Notes: generated by a model not told the origin, from the letters alone. A DNA stretch of 64,000 nt from Chrysomallon squamiferum (GCA_012295275.1 CM022671.1:17670001-17734000); one strand, 5' to 3'. Shown: positions 1 through 14,519, counted from the first letter of the stretch. Numbers and translations are program-made.

Positions 1-9
1 ATATAACTA

Positions 10-380
10 GGAACAAAGTTAATCCATGGAGTAACAACAAAAAATAATAATAATAATCTAACATATTACTGCTTCCACTAATAGCTTTGATTTAATGTTG
101 ACATGCCACTAGTACAAAAGTCAAATATATTTAAATAAGTAACGTTAATAACAAGACAAAAAGTTAATCCTTGGAGTTATAAAATTACTTGGGAAAAAAA
201 TAGCATACAAGACCATGATCTAACATATTACTGCTTCCAACAAAAGCTTTGCTATAATGTTGACACGAAGCACATAATATTATGCAGAAGTCAAATAGGT
301 TTAATAAATAACGTTATTCTAATAAGAGAAAAAAGTTAATCCTTCAAAGTAGCACAAATACTTGAAAACACAACATAGCT
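10..380. repeat. Degenerate tandem repeat with a ~150-170 bp unit, about 2.3 copies visible
   Basis: aaagttaatcc(a/t)t recurs at ~15, ~160 and ~332. tctaacatattactgcttcca occurs at ~57 and ~219. Confidence 0.8.
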
Positions 381-2929
381 TGAAGATAGAAAATAAATAA
401 TAAACCTTTTTAATGCATTTCTATTTTCGTCATCGTTTTCTTGTTAAAGCAGAGGATTTGAGTTCCCGTATTAACATAATATAAAACAAATATTATTAAA
501 GATGAAGACTAATGTGGCGAAACTAATGGTATTTAGTTGAAGGTATTCATAATGGATACAAAGCATTACCTTAATATCCTTTTAAGCTACACCATATGGT
601 GAATTCTGACATTATGATAATATTATGTTTCGTGTTTTATTTTCATCTCTAACAGTATTTAATTTGCATGTCTAGGTTAGATGTAAAAACAAATCTCAAC
701 GTATTAAATGAAAGTCCAAATGTGGAACCGCGAATTACATCATTATCATCAAAATGTCTAAAACAAATTATGATGGTTTCAACGCCAAATCATTTGATTT
801 AAAGTAATAATGATAATAAAGAACCAAAAACTAAAGTTTTTTGAGTTTGTTTATCTTTTCATTCAACGGGATTTTTTTTTTTTTTTTTTTTTTTTTTGGC
901 AAGAATAGGCTGCTAAGTAAATCTTGTCATTTTTCTTCCATCGATTAACTAAAACCTTGACGTAAACTTTGGCAAACAGTCTGATAATGGTTCGATCCAC
1001 ATAACCAGAACAAACACAAGTAATGTGAAAGCTGTTACTGTTGTCTTAACAGTAAATCAATGCAGTGATAAAGTGCGCGCCCGTATAAATCTTCCGCATG
1101 TGTGTTACAGTTTGCACTAAATCTGATACAGAGCTTTCTACACACTGCACAGAAAAGATAAGAACTTTTCTTTGGGATTTCCAGCCGTCACCCACACAAG
1201 AAAAATGACTGCGAGTGTTTGCCGTATAAACGATTTGACGGCCAGAACAAAATTTTTCATTACTATTATCGTCTGACTGTGTTAGAGCAGTTTCCTTCAG
1301 AGTCAACAAATTCATAGCTGGGACAGATCGTCGTCTTGCCAAGAGCAGACACTTATTAAATGTTTTCCCAAGACTTCATTAATGCCTCGTTCTGACAGGA
1401 TGTGAAATGAATAGTCAATGCTGATTAATTCGTCTGTGTATCTGTAACAATCAAACCGAGAAAGGTGCTCAGAACAAAGATATCCAATAACTGTAAAGTT
1501 ATATTACTTAGCATACGCACTGACACCTACACGCGTATATACAGACATACATAGACCCTGCATACACACATCAACATACGAAGGCGCTGGCCAGACACAT
1601 ATAGACATACTAAATGCAAAAATTATATACCCACAAGTGGCTAATCACATAGACTCGCACACAGACAGATCTTTCTAAATGGTTCAAGACGATGTGGTGG
1701 TTATTAATATAAATCCAAACAAAACGGTGGCTGCAGCAGAAAGAACAACTACGTAAAAATGTCAGTAGACCTGTCAGAAAGCGTGCCCGTCGCAGACGTG
1801 CTTCACAACAGCTTGCTCTGATTAGCACGTTAATTTTTTTCCTATTCCTATTCCTAGTAGCAGCATCAACAACAACAACAAAACTAAGAAGAAGAATGTT
1901 GTATTTATTAAACTGGAGAAATAAAATTGAAAAAAAATAATTATGGCAAAAACTAATCTCCGATAAATTTATTTTTCTATAAACCAACAATTCGTTTACT
2001 AAGAAAGTTACGTCTGATATAAAGAGTCCAAACTACAAAAATGTAATATAAAGTAATTATGGCAGGAACGGGAAAAATCAAATAATTTTCAATAAAAAAA
2101 GAAAAGTGATATTATTTGTTTATTCCAAAGTGTCCAAACTTGCAAGTGAAAAACTGCGAAATACGCGATTATATCGGACTGGAAAATTATTTGAGTGATA
2201 TAAGGAACAGATCGGTGTGGTTGTAAAATAATGACAAGAACTATTAAGGCGATCATACACGTTTCGTCGTGGGAGGAGGCTAATAACTTAGAATTATGAG
2301 TCGAGAACAATGAAGATGATTTCTTAGTAGCTCTTGACATTTCAGTTAATACCCCAGACATCTGGAATGAAGCTTACAACACAAGCCTAAGTCAGCCATG
2401 ATGAATATTGATCCGTCCGTCGAAATTCCTCCGTAGTCTTCGGCAGCACCAAGACATTGCAGTCGATTGTGGAGTGTAAGTCAGTTATCTTGTTCCAAGC
2501 CGTTTTGGATAACCTTGCGGTTTGGTAGTAAACAGACTGAAAACAACTTTATATTGATTCTAACACGAACCACACACATACACACAAATGCACAGATCCA
2601 AATATGCAAATGATATGCTATTGACAAAAATATAAAGATTATTTTATATATAATAGAATTAAGGTTTATTTACAAATGTTATTAGTAGCTGGTATATATG
2701 TTTGCCTGTCTGTCTGTATGTATGTATGTCTGTATGTACGTAGGTATAAATATGTTTGCATGCATGTACGTCGATACTCTACATAAATACAAATATTTAA
2801 AAACAAACTTTTATTGGCTAAATCAACATTAAAATATAACAAAGAACATTTTAATATCTAACTGCATAGTTATTTATCGTAATTACTTTTTCCACGGACG
2901 ATTTCAATTAAATTAGTGAAGTTTCTTTA

Positions 2930-2982
<53 letters not shown>

Positions 2983-3324
2983 ATTTTTTTAACCCTGATA
3001 ATCATTTATTTTTCTGCATCAGAAAACTTTAATTTGTAAAGTGAAAGAAGCCCAAGATACTTAAACAACTGATGGGTTTCCAAGGCCAAGCAATATAACG
3101 GAGAACTGGCCACAGCTATGTAATGTTTGTATAAAAGAAAGAAACGCGGAGCCGAAATGAATCTTGCAAACACCTAATGCTTTGTTAACAGTAATGTTGT
3201 TAGGCGCCATTTTTAATTGTTTTCAAGACTGACTTTATGAAAAATAATTTCTTTTCCCCGTGCAACATCACCAGAGATTGTTTATTGTAAAAGTGTGGCA
3301 ATGGTAATCGTTTAGTGGTTTATA

Positions 3325-3329
3325 ATAAC

Positions 3330-3382
<53 letters not shown>

Positions 3383-3530
3383 TAATAATATGTGGTGGTG
3401 GTGGTGATGATGATGGTAATACTTGTAGTAATAGTAGTAGCAGTAGTAGTAACAGTGGTGGTGGTGTTGATGGTAATACTAGTAATATTAGTAGTAATAC
3501 TAGACATAGTAGTAGTTGCAGCAGCAGAAA
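3325..3530. repeat. Compound trinucleotide microsatellite (AAT)n/(GTG)n/(GTA)n
   Basis: Directly visible. Explains ORF 3268-3507. Confidence 0.9.
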
Positions 3531-5029
3531 TATTAGTTGTAATCAGTTTTCAGATCTAGTAATATTATTTATATTAAGTAGCGTATCCGAAAACATTATA
3601 AATTAAAAAAAAAATAATAAAAAAAAACATGAGTTATATTATATTATTTATATTAAGTAGTGTATCTGAAAGAATTCTCAAAAAAAAAACCAACAACAAA
3701 CAACCAAAAAAAACCTCAGTTATGCATTCAGCTATCCTTATATCGTTTTAAAAGGTTTTATTTTCCACTGTGTTAGCTGATCTCCATCAAACCTGAAATA
3801 ACTGTAAAATTCAGCAGAGTATGCAGAACTTTGCGACTTTCATAATCATAACAATAACTCTAACAATGTTGGCTTTATTTGGTCAGGTCTTACAAGTGCA
3901 ATACAACAAAACAACTCTTCTTTATCGATGGCTTCGGTTACTGCTCCAGAAAGGCAATAACTCGAAATATTTTTTGATAGGCTCTCGTTTATTTCAGTTT
4001 GCTTCTGAGGAATGAACCCTGTTTCTGTTGTGACGTACTCGTCTTGCATTAAGGAAAAGGAGCATAATCAATGTTAGCCAGTGCCTCTGGCTCGTAAAAG
4101 TAATTCACTGTTTATTGAATCTGCTGGATTTATCGTTCGCTCAATTCGTTTCGCCGCTTCTGGCCACTTCTGCAGAACGATCATCTCCAATTGTAGGTGA
4201 CACAGATTTATAACCGAATTGTTTCCTCTTCCATGGAGCTCGCTCCCACATCCCACGGACTCACGCGAAGTCTTTTCCAGGCATCTAAAGGAAAAATAAT
4301 GTAATAACAAAAAGTGCATTAGCTCGATTCAAATCTGCTCAGATGAGTCGCAGCTTCCCTCCTTCAGAGGTAAAAGAGTTCGATGTTCTTTTTTTCTGTT
4401 TCCCTTTTTTCTTCTTTTGTGTCTTAATTTGTCACCAGGCCAAGAACCGGTTTTAACGTATTGTATCAGCGTTGAAGAAGTTAATGAAATCTGCCACTAC
4501 AGTTACATAAACATTCCCGCATCATATTTTCTTATCGGTCACTCAGTTTGTGTATTCATCGTTTATATACACATGTTAAATTCAAAATTTTTCATTTCCA
4601 TTCTGTTATTTATGCTGCATTTTAAAAAGTAAGAAACAATATTATTTATCCATTTATTCAGTACGATTTTAAAACTGAATGGTACAGACACCCACTGAAC
4701 TTTCATGAATGTGATTTTGCAATAAAATGCTGAAATACAATAATAAAATGCACGCCATTAAACAGTTCTGATATGACTTAATATATTAGAAGATAATCTG
4801 TTGTTGTTTTTTTCTTATTATGTCCATGTTTCTTTAAACACATTTTAGGTTTTAGGTTTTTCTGAGAGAATACTAAAGCTGGATATCATTCATGTCCGTT
4901 TCCTCCACTGATATTTTACTAGCAACGACATGGCTCTGAAACGATGATTTGTTCATTTTGTAAGATTTTTTTTGTTTGTTTGTTGTTGTCTTTTCCTGAT
5001 CAGGTATTTGCATTTCTTTTTTCTTTTTT

Positions 5030-5079
<50 letters not shown>

Positions 5080-6323
5080 TTTTATTTTTATTTTTTATTT
5101 ATTTATTTATTTATTTTTTATCAATATTCGAATTAGGTTAATATTATTATGCAGGAATTTTTTTTTTTTTTTTTTTTTCTGTAACTTCGACCAGAACTTA
5201 ATGAACTGCTTTTCGATTGACGCTACATTTATACATTTATTTATTCATTTATTTTCTTCAGGTCATCAGATATTTCTGTATCCTAAGTAATTCTGCAAAC
5301 CCTCCATTTTTTTTTTTTTTTTTTATTGGATTTGCTGCTGAACTACGGACATAAATCAGTGAAGCCAGCCACACCATGGGATACCCCTGACGCCGGACAA
5401 CTTAACAGTTTTGACAAGTTCGCGATCCTTGCCTAACCTACCAGTCTACTAGTCGGCTTAGCCGCCTGCCACCGGCTGTCGAGTGATGGCCAAGGGTTGC
5501 GTCAGAACTGTCGGCTGCCCAGATTAAACCCCTACAACGTCTTCTGGAAGGATAATGGCAAGAATAATTAGCTCTTCTGCTCCTCCAGACCAAAGGGACA
5601 TGGCGGAATTGATGCGTACGTGCTGCGTACGCTATTCACCGAAAGGTTTTGTCATTCTTAGGCAATAACACCATTTACCAAACTTAGGCTTGGGAGAACT
5701 GCGAGGTTTATTCAGACTCGATATCGCGATGATAAAATTACCTCCTAGCATTGGCTGACACGTCTCCATTTCAGTTAAAATGTCAGCCTCTGACCGGCGC
5801 GTTTTTTTGTTGCAGGGGATGAGTTTGAATTTAAAGTTGTCGTTTATTTGTAAGGTTTCATTAAAAAGTTTCGTCGTGTATGCCATCCGAATAGTAAAAA
5901 CAATCACTGGAAAAATGAAGTTAAAAGATAAAAAAAAAAATAATGAATGAATATTTTAAATTAATGATCCATATTATTATTATTACATACCGCGTAATCA
6001 AATTTCGATTTGCGTTGCGGTTTCAATAAAATGCATATTTGTGATTATTCTGTACCAGAAGGCTTAAAAGTCTGAATGACCGTCAGATTTTTATTACAAA
6101 TTTTTCTTTACAAATATTACGATATCGATAAAGTGCTGTATTTTAGTAAAATATCCGTATCCTAATAAACAAAAACAGACATACTTGGATGAGCATAAGC
6201 AACCGGTTAAAACTAAATTCTGTTACCATTAATTTTGTAATTTATCCTATTTTCGTAAAAGGGTATTTGTAAACTATTTGGTTTCTTCTTGTTGTTTTTC
6301 TTTTAATCTCTCTCTCTCTCTCC

Positions 6324-6485
6324 ATGGAGGATAACTATTTTATAATTAATTTTTATATGTCATAAATAGGTTTTGTTGTAAATATATTTTTGTTACAGTT
6401 TAAAAATATAGGGTATTATAATTTCTTCAGCCAATTTAATATGAAGACTTGAGTGCAAGAAGCAAAATCGGATTCATCCAATATG
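6324..6485 (+). repeat. Interspersed repeat, copy 1 (inverted relative to 11772-11949)
   Basis: aatttcttcagccaatttaatatgaagacttgagtgcaagaag...gattcatcca is the near reverse complement of the sequence at 11777-11850, and the similarity extends over about 160 bp. Confidence 0.8.
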
Positions 6486-9400
6486 GTTAATAGAAGTTTT
6501 AAAACGTTTCTTTTACTTCTTTCTTTCTTTCTTTATATATATCTATTTAGTCTTGCTATATAGCAAATGAGACGGCCACACAAATTTGGCGCCGAGACCT
6601 TACTTTTTTCCTGATAACAAAGTCGATCGCATCATAACAGAACAGAGCAGAAAGAAAACCTGACACATGCTAACTTTCACCGAATAATAATAATAAAAAT
6701 AAAAAACCCACACTTTCCCATTCGTTTCGTTGTTTTCTTTACTAATAATTGTTATAATCACAGTTTAGCTTTGTTTCTTTTGCCCTTGGGTGTATTTACG
6801 AAAGCAGAAAGTGCCGGCTATTACCTTAATGACTGAAAATGGCGGCTAAACTGCGATCCTCGGAGAATGTGCAACACAGATTAAGTTTATCAGATTGTTC
6901 GTTAGATTTATTAAGTACGAAATGAATCACTGCTAGCATGTTTGAACAGCTTTGTGAAGGTGACAGGGTTGATGTATTAGTTAGTGTACGTGTGTGCGCA
7001 CGTTCGATAACCGTGCCACGACAGCGACACGATGGTCAACAGATCTGTGCAGCGCATGCGCTGAAACAGGAAGCACGCGGTACGTATTATTATTATTATT
7101 ATTTTATTTATTTGTTTGTTTATTTGTTTTTTATGTGTTTTTTTCTGTTTGTTTAACTGCTTGTTTAACTGTTTATTTACATGTTTTTAATATTAATGTT
7201 ATAGTACTTAACATTACTTCAAAACATTTCGCTGATGGCCCATTTCTCTTTTATTTTCATTGCTTAACTGAACTGTAAAGTAAAGTTTACTTGAGAGATA
7301 TTTAGAAGGGAAAAATGGCTTATTATTTATTTATTTATTTATTTGTTTCATAGGCATGTTTTGATCAATATATTAGGGAATTAAGAATTTAAGTTGTTTT
7401 GGGGTGGGTTTTATCTCTCTCTCTCTTCTTCTGAAAATGTTTTTCATTGTCTTTTTCTGTTTTTTTGTTACTGTTTTATACCATACGAGAGTAGTATGAT
7501 TAATTTTCTAATATTGGCCATTGGATACTACTTATTTTAGTATTTCAGTACTTTCTGTCTTTAGATGTTAAAAGACGTCTAGATATGTTAATCGAACATT
7601 TTACCTTCAGCAGATATATCCTGTAGATCAGCGGACTTATACTGAACGCCAAAGCTTTCCTGCCAAACCGTGCGAGTTCAACACATTTGGTACATAATTT
7701 TTATAAAATAATCATTCAACATCGTTCCATGCAAATTTAAGTGGTATAAATATCGCGTTGTAGCGGAGTTTTGAGGTCAAAAAGATGTGCATCTGGAACA
7801 AATCGGAACTCTAATTTGGGCTTCAAACGCAATATTTTATAAGACATAAATAGGAATGCTTATTAGGAATTTGATGCCTGGCAAAATATGTTTTATTTAC
7901 ATCCATCAATGAACTCGATATGTTTGCAGTTGTGTTTTATTTAAAATTTAAAATAAATAAAATAAAATATAATACATATATGGACTATTGAAACTAGAGA
8001 ATTACAGTTAATTTAGACTGTTAGGCTGGTAATTATTAACGTTTTGTCTATAAAATTGATAGAGCGTATCAATCAAGCCCGCCTATATTCTGTAAAGTAC
8101 AGTGAGGTGTTTTTTATTGACCTCAGGGGATTAAGATATTTTTTCTTTTTAAAAAAAAAAAAATTAAAAAAAAATAAAAAAAAATAAAGCTATTTACATC
8201 AACAATATCCAGTTGTGTTTTTATGTGTCTCTGTTGGTTTTAATTTCTCATTTGATTTACACACGTAAATATCAGTTAAACTAGTTTAATCGTCCAGTTT
8301 TGACGAATTATCATTGGAAAATTTTATAACTTTGCGTTCAGGTCATTGGCTTCAGTTAGCCTTTTTACATAGTACTGGGATCTGAAGCTGTTCGTAACTT
8401 AGCAACGTGATGTTATGTCCCCTTTGTCTCGATATGAAAATTCTTCAGTTATAGATATTAATATATATATATATATATATATGATTAACAGACTAATAAA
8501 AATATTTTCACACATACTTTTTGTCTTATTTCAAAGCCTGAATGGACAACATGTCTAATATTCATACTTTATTATGTCTAAAAATGTTTTTTCTCACCAT
8601 TCAGAAAAATTCATATGAGCATTATTGGTGTAGATTTTGGCGTATTCTCCGCAACAACTGTCTTAAGACTAAAAGTAGCATCATGTTTAACAGAATGCTG
8701 TTTTATGTTGTTTTTAGTTAACATTCAGGATCCAAGACAGTTTTCCGGCGCTGTCTTTCCACTCCATTTTTATCAGTGTTATTTTATTTAGTTTCAGTTC
8801 CGTCCATATTTAATGCTCTACAGTGATGAATTCCTAAAATCATGATCTACAGCTGGGACCTGGGACGAACAATGAATGAAAGTCAACAAGATGAAACAAA
8901 AACAATTTTTATATCGAGGATTTCTTCTTTTTCAAAATTTTTGTTAATGTTAATTTTTAAAATTTCTTTATATATTAAGATTATAATTTTAAAAAAATAA
9001 TAATAACACCCATTTATTCTTTTTTTCTTCTTCTTCTTCTTCTTCTTCTTCTTCTTCGAGAAGTTAATTTGAAGAAAAGAAAGAAAACACCCACTTCTTC
9101 GTAATGTTTCAAGATGTGTAGCTGTAACAATAATTGCAGGATCCAGCTGTTCGCTCTTGGCCAAAACCTTTACAATACTAACATTCCATCCAGCGAACTG
9201 TTTACATGTAATTACAAACAACGATAGTACCATCGACCATCATTTAAATTAGTGTGTTCTTTTTCAACAAGTCCAGTTACCAAGGGAACTGCTGTTCCCA
9301 AAAATAGCCTTCCTCTTCCTCCTTTTTGTACGCCGGGGACCAATCAATGACGGGAGAACGAAATAATCAGAAATTGTTTCACCAGTTTCCTCTGATCTCA

Positions 9401-9509
9401 CGGATTATTACGTCTAATGAAAAGACCTCGTGATTCTGGTCTTAACTAACACACAGAAAAGGTAAAGACGAGGATTACAGAATTAATTGTTTTGGTTTCA
9501 GAGTGTAGG

Positions 9510-9760
9510 ATGCGAGGCGAAGACTGCAGCTCAGTGGCAGTGTGTTGGCGTGGGAGCGATTTGCCGCATCCCTATTGGACCGTTTGGCGCACCAGCCAGA
9601 GACAGACGACTGCTTTTATCTGAAGATATATATAAAACCTTTCCACTGATGCTAGCGGGGAAAAGAAAACCAAAAGAGAGGCCCATTTAGTGGAGACAGT
9701 GGGTTTCCTATCTCTTTTTCTGCAAGACCGAAATTTCAGTCTGTAATGGGTTGATTACCA
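9510..9760 (+). mobile_element. Degenerate tRNA-derived SINE-like element
   Basis: A-box-like GCAGCTCAGTGG near the 5' end. The body (atataaaacc..gcccatttagtggagacagtgggtttcctatctct) is shared with 25385-25550 and resembles a gastropod SINE family recalled from memory. Confidence 0.5.
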
Positions 9761-11498
9761 GTCAAAACATTCAAAAGGGCCGCGTTAATTCATAAGGCTG
9801 ATTAGGGGACAACGTTCACACCAGTTTTTCGAAACCACTGACCGGAATATTTGATGCTGTGAGCCACAAAAAGAAATGTACACTGGTCAAAACAATTTTA
9901 TATATATTTTTTTTTTTTTTTTTTTTTTAATACATTAAAATAAGAAATATTTTTACGGTTGCGACTACGCAGACACATTTAGATTAAATCAAACTGCTCA
10001 GTATTAAAGTGTAATCTATTTTAATAAGAACAAATTCAAAACGTATACATCTTTGTTAATAATAAAGTAAAGAGGTCCGACGTGGCCAACGAGGTTGCTG
10101 TTATCTTAATTAATAGTAGTAGTAGTTGTTGCAGCAGAGTAATAGTAATAACAGTGACCAATGATACACTGACCAAATCAGTGTACTGTCGGTATATTTT
10201 CAGAGTATGTGGTATTTCTAATTTCATTTCTAACGTGAAACAGTGTCACAACAAAATGAGATTATAAGTCTGGGCTTGTTTTTGTGTTATCGTACTTTAT
10301 TACTAGAAACGACTGGAAAGAAAACAATCACTTGGAAATTTTGGGGTTTCTTCATTTATCTTGAAGAAACATCTGTTTAATTACGCACTCACAAAGAGGC
10401 AGATGAAAGGAACAAATATATATCTGTATATGTGTGTGTCTGTGTGTGTGTGTGCAGTATATGGATTTATTCTTTTACCAGTATATTAGAATTCACTGCT
10501 TAGACAAAAAAAACTCATGGAATGTAAATAAATTTGCTGAACAGGTTTTTTTTTTTTTGTATTTTTGTATTTTTGTTTTCCCAGCAGTAATGTAACAACA
10601 AACAACAAACACAGCAGATCAAGAGAAGAATGATGTATTGATGACAGCATTAACAAACAAACAAAAAAAACAACTAAAACAGTCCATCCTTCTCATAACA
10701 CTGTGGGGATAACATAGAAACCTTTAAAAAAAATAAACAAAGAAACAAAAAACAAAAACAAATTGCAGTCACATTTTGACAAGTAATACATTGGAATGTT
10801 AATTGCACAAGCCTCCGTAAGAATTTATATACAAAACAAAATAATATTCAAAATGTTACATACATTATTATTACCCAAAGACATTTTGTTAAAAACCTAG
10901 CTCTAAAGTTTTAAAAATATTAAATTCATAACATTATTGTTATTTGATTACATTAGTTTTGTTCCGTTGTTGCACACAGCAAAAGAAATGAAATTCAAGT
11001 CTTTTTGATGTTGTTGTTGTTGTTGTAATTACTTCAGTTGCACAAAGAATTAAATTTAAATATAATATAGGCTGTGAAAATGGCAAATACCATCCCAGTT
11101 TCACTGATATATTTATAAAGAGTTTGTGGCTTTTTTTTTCCTAAAGCATTCATGATTCAGTCAGCACTTCAGTTATCACGTTAAATCACATCTTCCAATG
11201 TGACCTCTGGAAACAACATGAAACTTGAAATGTTGGAAACAGATTATTTTATACAAATCACAATGTACTCATTTCACAGCAGGGCAGCACATACCAAAGT
11301 CACAAAGCACTGTCTGGGAACATTTATAAAAGAGGTTCTAGGGAATTGTTATTTAATTACTATAATTACTTGTTATCTAGCGATCTCTCTGTATTACTAC
11401 TCGGCACACAAGTCATTGGTAATACATGGCATTTACAAAAGAAAGTACAAAAGCAAAATAATTATAACTAGTATCACAGAAAATATTTAAAAATACAA

Positions 11499-11544
<46 letters not shown>

Positions 11545-11771
11545 GTATAGATATTCCTGTTACAAATCTATTCTGTGACTGACAAATTATATGAAAACGT
11601 CACACTAAGAAGACCTGCATGCAAGATGTACTAAATCACATTTTTATGAGCTGCCAATGTGAAAGACATCCACAGAGTTCTCGTCACAGACTAATGTAAT
11701 GAGTTTTATTAAGTAGATTTTATCAAGTTAGGCATATAGTGGTGTACTTTGTTCTTGCACGACCTTGCAGA

Positions 11772-11949
11772 CATACTGGATGAATCTGACGTCGCTATAT
11801 CATTTTTACTTCTTGCACTCAAGTCTTCATATTAAAAATGGCTGAAGAAATTACAACACCCTGTATTTTTCAACAGTAACAAAAATATACTTACAATAAA
11901 ATGTATTTAAGACATACTAAAATTTAATTATAAAATGATTATTTTCCAT
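11772..11949 (-). repeat. Interspersed repeat, copy 2 (inverted relative to 6324-6485)
   Basis: tggatgaatc...cttcttgcactcaagtcttcatattaaaaatggctgaagaaatt...ataaaatgattattttccat. Confidence 0.8.
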
Positions 11950-14104
11950 ACCAAAAAAGAATAATAATAATAATAATAAAGAAAAAGAAGAATTGAAAAT
12001 AAAAATGTAAAAATAAAAATAAACAAAAATAAAAAATAATATTAACAGAAACAATTTCTGAGATACACAACAAAAAAGACAAAGACACATTTTTATTTTC
12101 CTATTTACAACTGGCCTTTCTTATTTCTCAAGCTATATAAACATCAAAACAATTATTTTATTCTGGTTGGGAAATCTGTTGCAACATGATAATGCTATAA
12201 TTACATACATAATAATAAATATATGGTACAGAAAGGGTTTGTTTAGCAAGTAAAATGTCTGTGTATTATGTTAACTTGAAACAAGCTGGTAGCTCTACAT
12301 TTTTAATTAAACTAAGTTGTTTTTAGTTTAATTGTGAATAAAGCTATTTAGCTATATTTTAGTTTCTACTGGTTTATCCACACATAATATCAATATCATT
12401 ATGAGAACGCACACATACACACACACACTCATATATCCACACACACACTACAATGGCCTTTTTAATTTATATTGATGGATAAAATGGAAAGATCCACATA
12501 GAAAATGAATGTGATGAAAATAAGTTGGATAAATACATATCTAAATTATATACAATCTAATGTTACATGGTATGAACTGTTTCAGTAACCACATTTAAGC
12601 AATTTGTAATCTTTTCTTATCAGATCTGTTACAGCAAATATAAGATTTGCATCATCTAGAAATGCATTTTAGTAGGTTATATAATTCTTAATTATTATTT
12701 CGTGCAAATCATTTACAGGTATTTAATCATAATGTTCAATTCAGTATTTTTATTTTATTTAATTTTAAAAAAAGTTAATATATTATTTTATTAATTTTAT
12801 TATTATTTTATATTAAATTTTTTTTTTTTTTTTTTGGAGAGACGTTTATTATTGTTTCATTTATTTATTTATAGTACCATTTTTTTATATCTACATTTTT
12901 ATGTAGCTTACATGCCCTGGTTATTTATTCAACATACAATGTGGATTCTGGAGTTAAAATATTACAATTATTAATATGTTCTTAATGTTACTAATATTTC
13001 ATAAAGCATCAAAAAGACAGATCAGTGTAAATAATCAATTAAATTATAGATTTGTGCAGATAACAAAGGAGATCAGTGATAGTCATTTTTCTGTTCTTTT
13101 ACTGTGATACTCCTAATTACGTTTCACTAAATAAATTTCAATAAATATTGTTTTCACTGAAGATAAATATAAATTTACATGTAGAAGTATGTGACAGAAA
13201 TTTCTATCACTACAGATGTATTCTTTGGATGCCAGTTACGCACCTGCTAATACCAAACTAGTCATTAAATGCAGTTTTGTTTTCAAATATTATTTAATAA
13301 TAGATTAGTTAAGACTTCATGTTTTTAGGATGATTCTGATCAATTCTATTTTATTTTATTTTAATTTAATTTAAAATTTTTTATATAATATTTTTACTAC
13401 AGCTCAGAGATTTTAAACTGGTTGCCTTTTCCCAATCCAGGAGTCCAGTTTTATTGCTAATGTGGTTAAGTTAGATTAGAATAATTTAAACTTTTGTCTT
13501 TCAGAAACCACCATACAATCAACCCTGTTGTCCATCACTATAATGTCCCAACTGCACCCAGTTTCCAAACTTGTAAATCTGTTTAGTTCTGAACACCAAA
13601 AATTGGTCTCTTAAAGCTGTACTTAAAATCATTACACATCTACATGAACTGTTTGTTTAGCCTGTAACACAATATTATACGCTGCAATGAAACAAAATTA
13701 TGTAGCATTTTTGACTGAAATTCAAAGAAAATATTTTGACATCTCTGTGCCTTGATTTATTCAACCATTGTTGTACTGCCTTTCTCTGTCTTCATGATTC
13801 CATCCTCCCAGAATCTGGCATCATTCTGGGTGATGAACTGATCTAAATGCTACAAATTCTGGTTCCAAGCCAGTGTTATATTTACTATTTAATTCTAATT
13901 AGACATACCATCATAGAAGTAAAGAGAAACTGTAAATAAACTGTAGTTTATAACTTATGTTTATATCTAAAAATTTATTTTATACTCACTTATTTTAATT
14001 CCACATACAATGAGTTATTAAAATGGTTTTCTTTCATTATACACAACAAAAGAGAGACTGTAGATAATCTGTAATTTGTAACTAATGTTTGTTTTTGTTA
14101 TTTA

Positions 14105-14200
14105 CTTTTTGTTGTTTTGTTTTGTTTTGTTTTGTTTTGTTTTGTTTTATTTTATTTTCATTTATTTTATTTTATTTTATTTTATTTTATTTTATTTAGG
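14105..14200. repeat. (TTTTG)n/(TTTTA)n pentanucleotide microsatellite
   Basis: Directly visible. Confidence 0.9.
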
Positions 14201-14484
14201 TTTATCAAATATTAGGTAATGAACCTGTATTTATTTTGTTTTATTTTATTATTATTTTTTTTTTTATTTTACATTTTATTTTATTATATATTTGTTTTTG
14301 AATCATACATTTTAGATATATTAATTTTTTATTTTATATTATTTTTTGTTTTAATATTGAAATATATTATTTCAATAACTATTGTAATTTAATTTTTATA
14401 ACTTTTCAATTTTTTTATTATTATTTATTAAACTGTTTAATTTTTTTTTAAATTTAATTTTTTTGTTTTGTTTCATCATTTCTG

Positions 14485-14519
<35 letters not shown>

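Noticed and set aside
5440-5520. HDV-like ribozyme suggested by minus-strand GGCTAAGCCG
   Set aside because: No P3/L3 (UCCwCG) or P1/P1.1 elements are found. The motif is explained by a local palindrome.
1046-9233. ORFs in the first 10 kb (e.g. 1046-1342, 4074-4319, 5632-5907)
   Set aside because: No recognisable domains, no consistent splice-phase chain, and many non-ATG starts.
9570-9640. Apparent CCAAT + TATA promoter
   Set aside because: It lies within a SINE-like fragment whose body naturally includes the ATATAAAA segment, and there is no downstream gene.
11650-11670. TGAAAGACAT, resembling the miR-71 5' end
   Set aside because: The match stops after 10 nt and there is no precursor hairpin.
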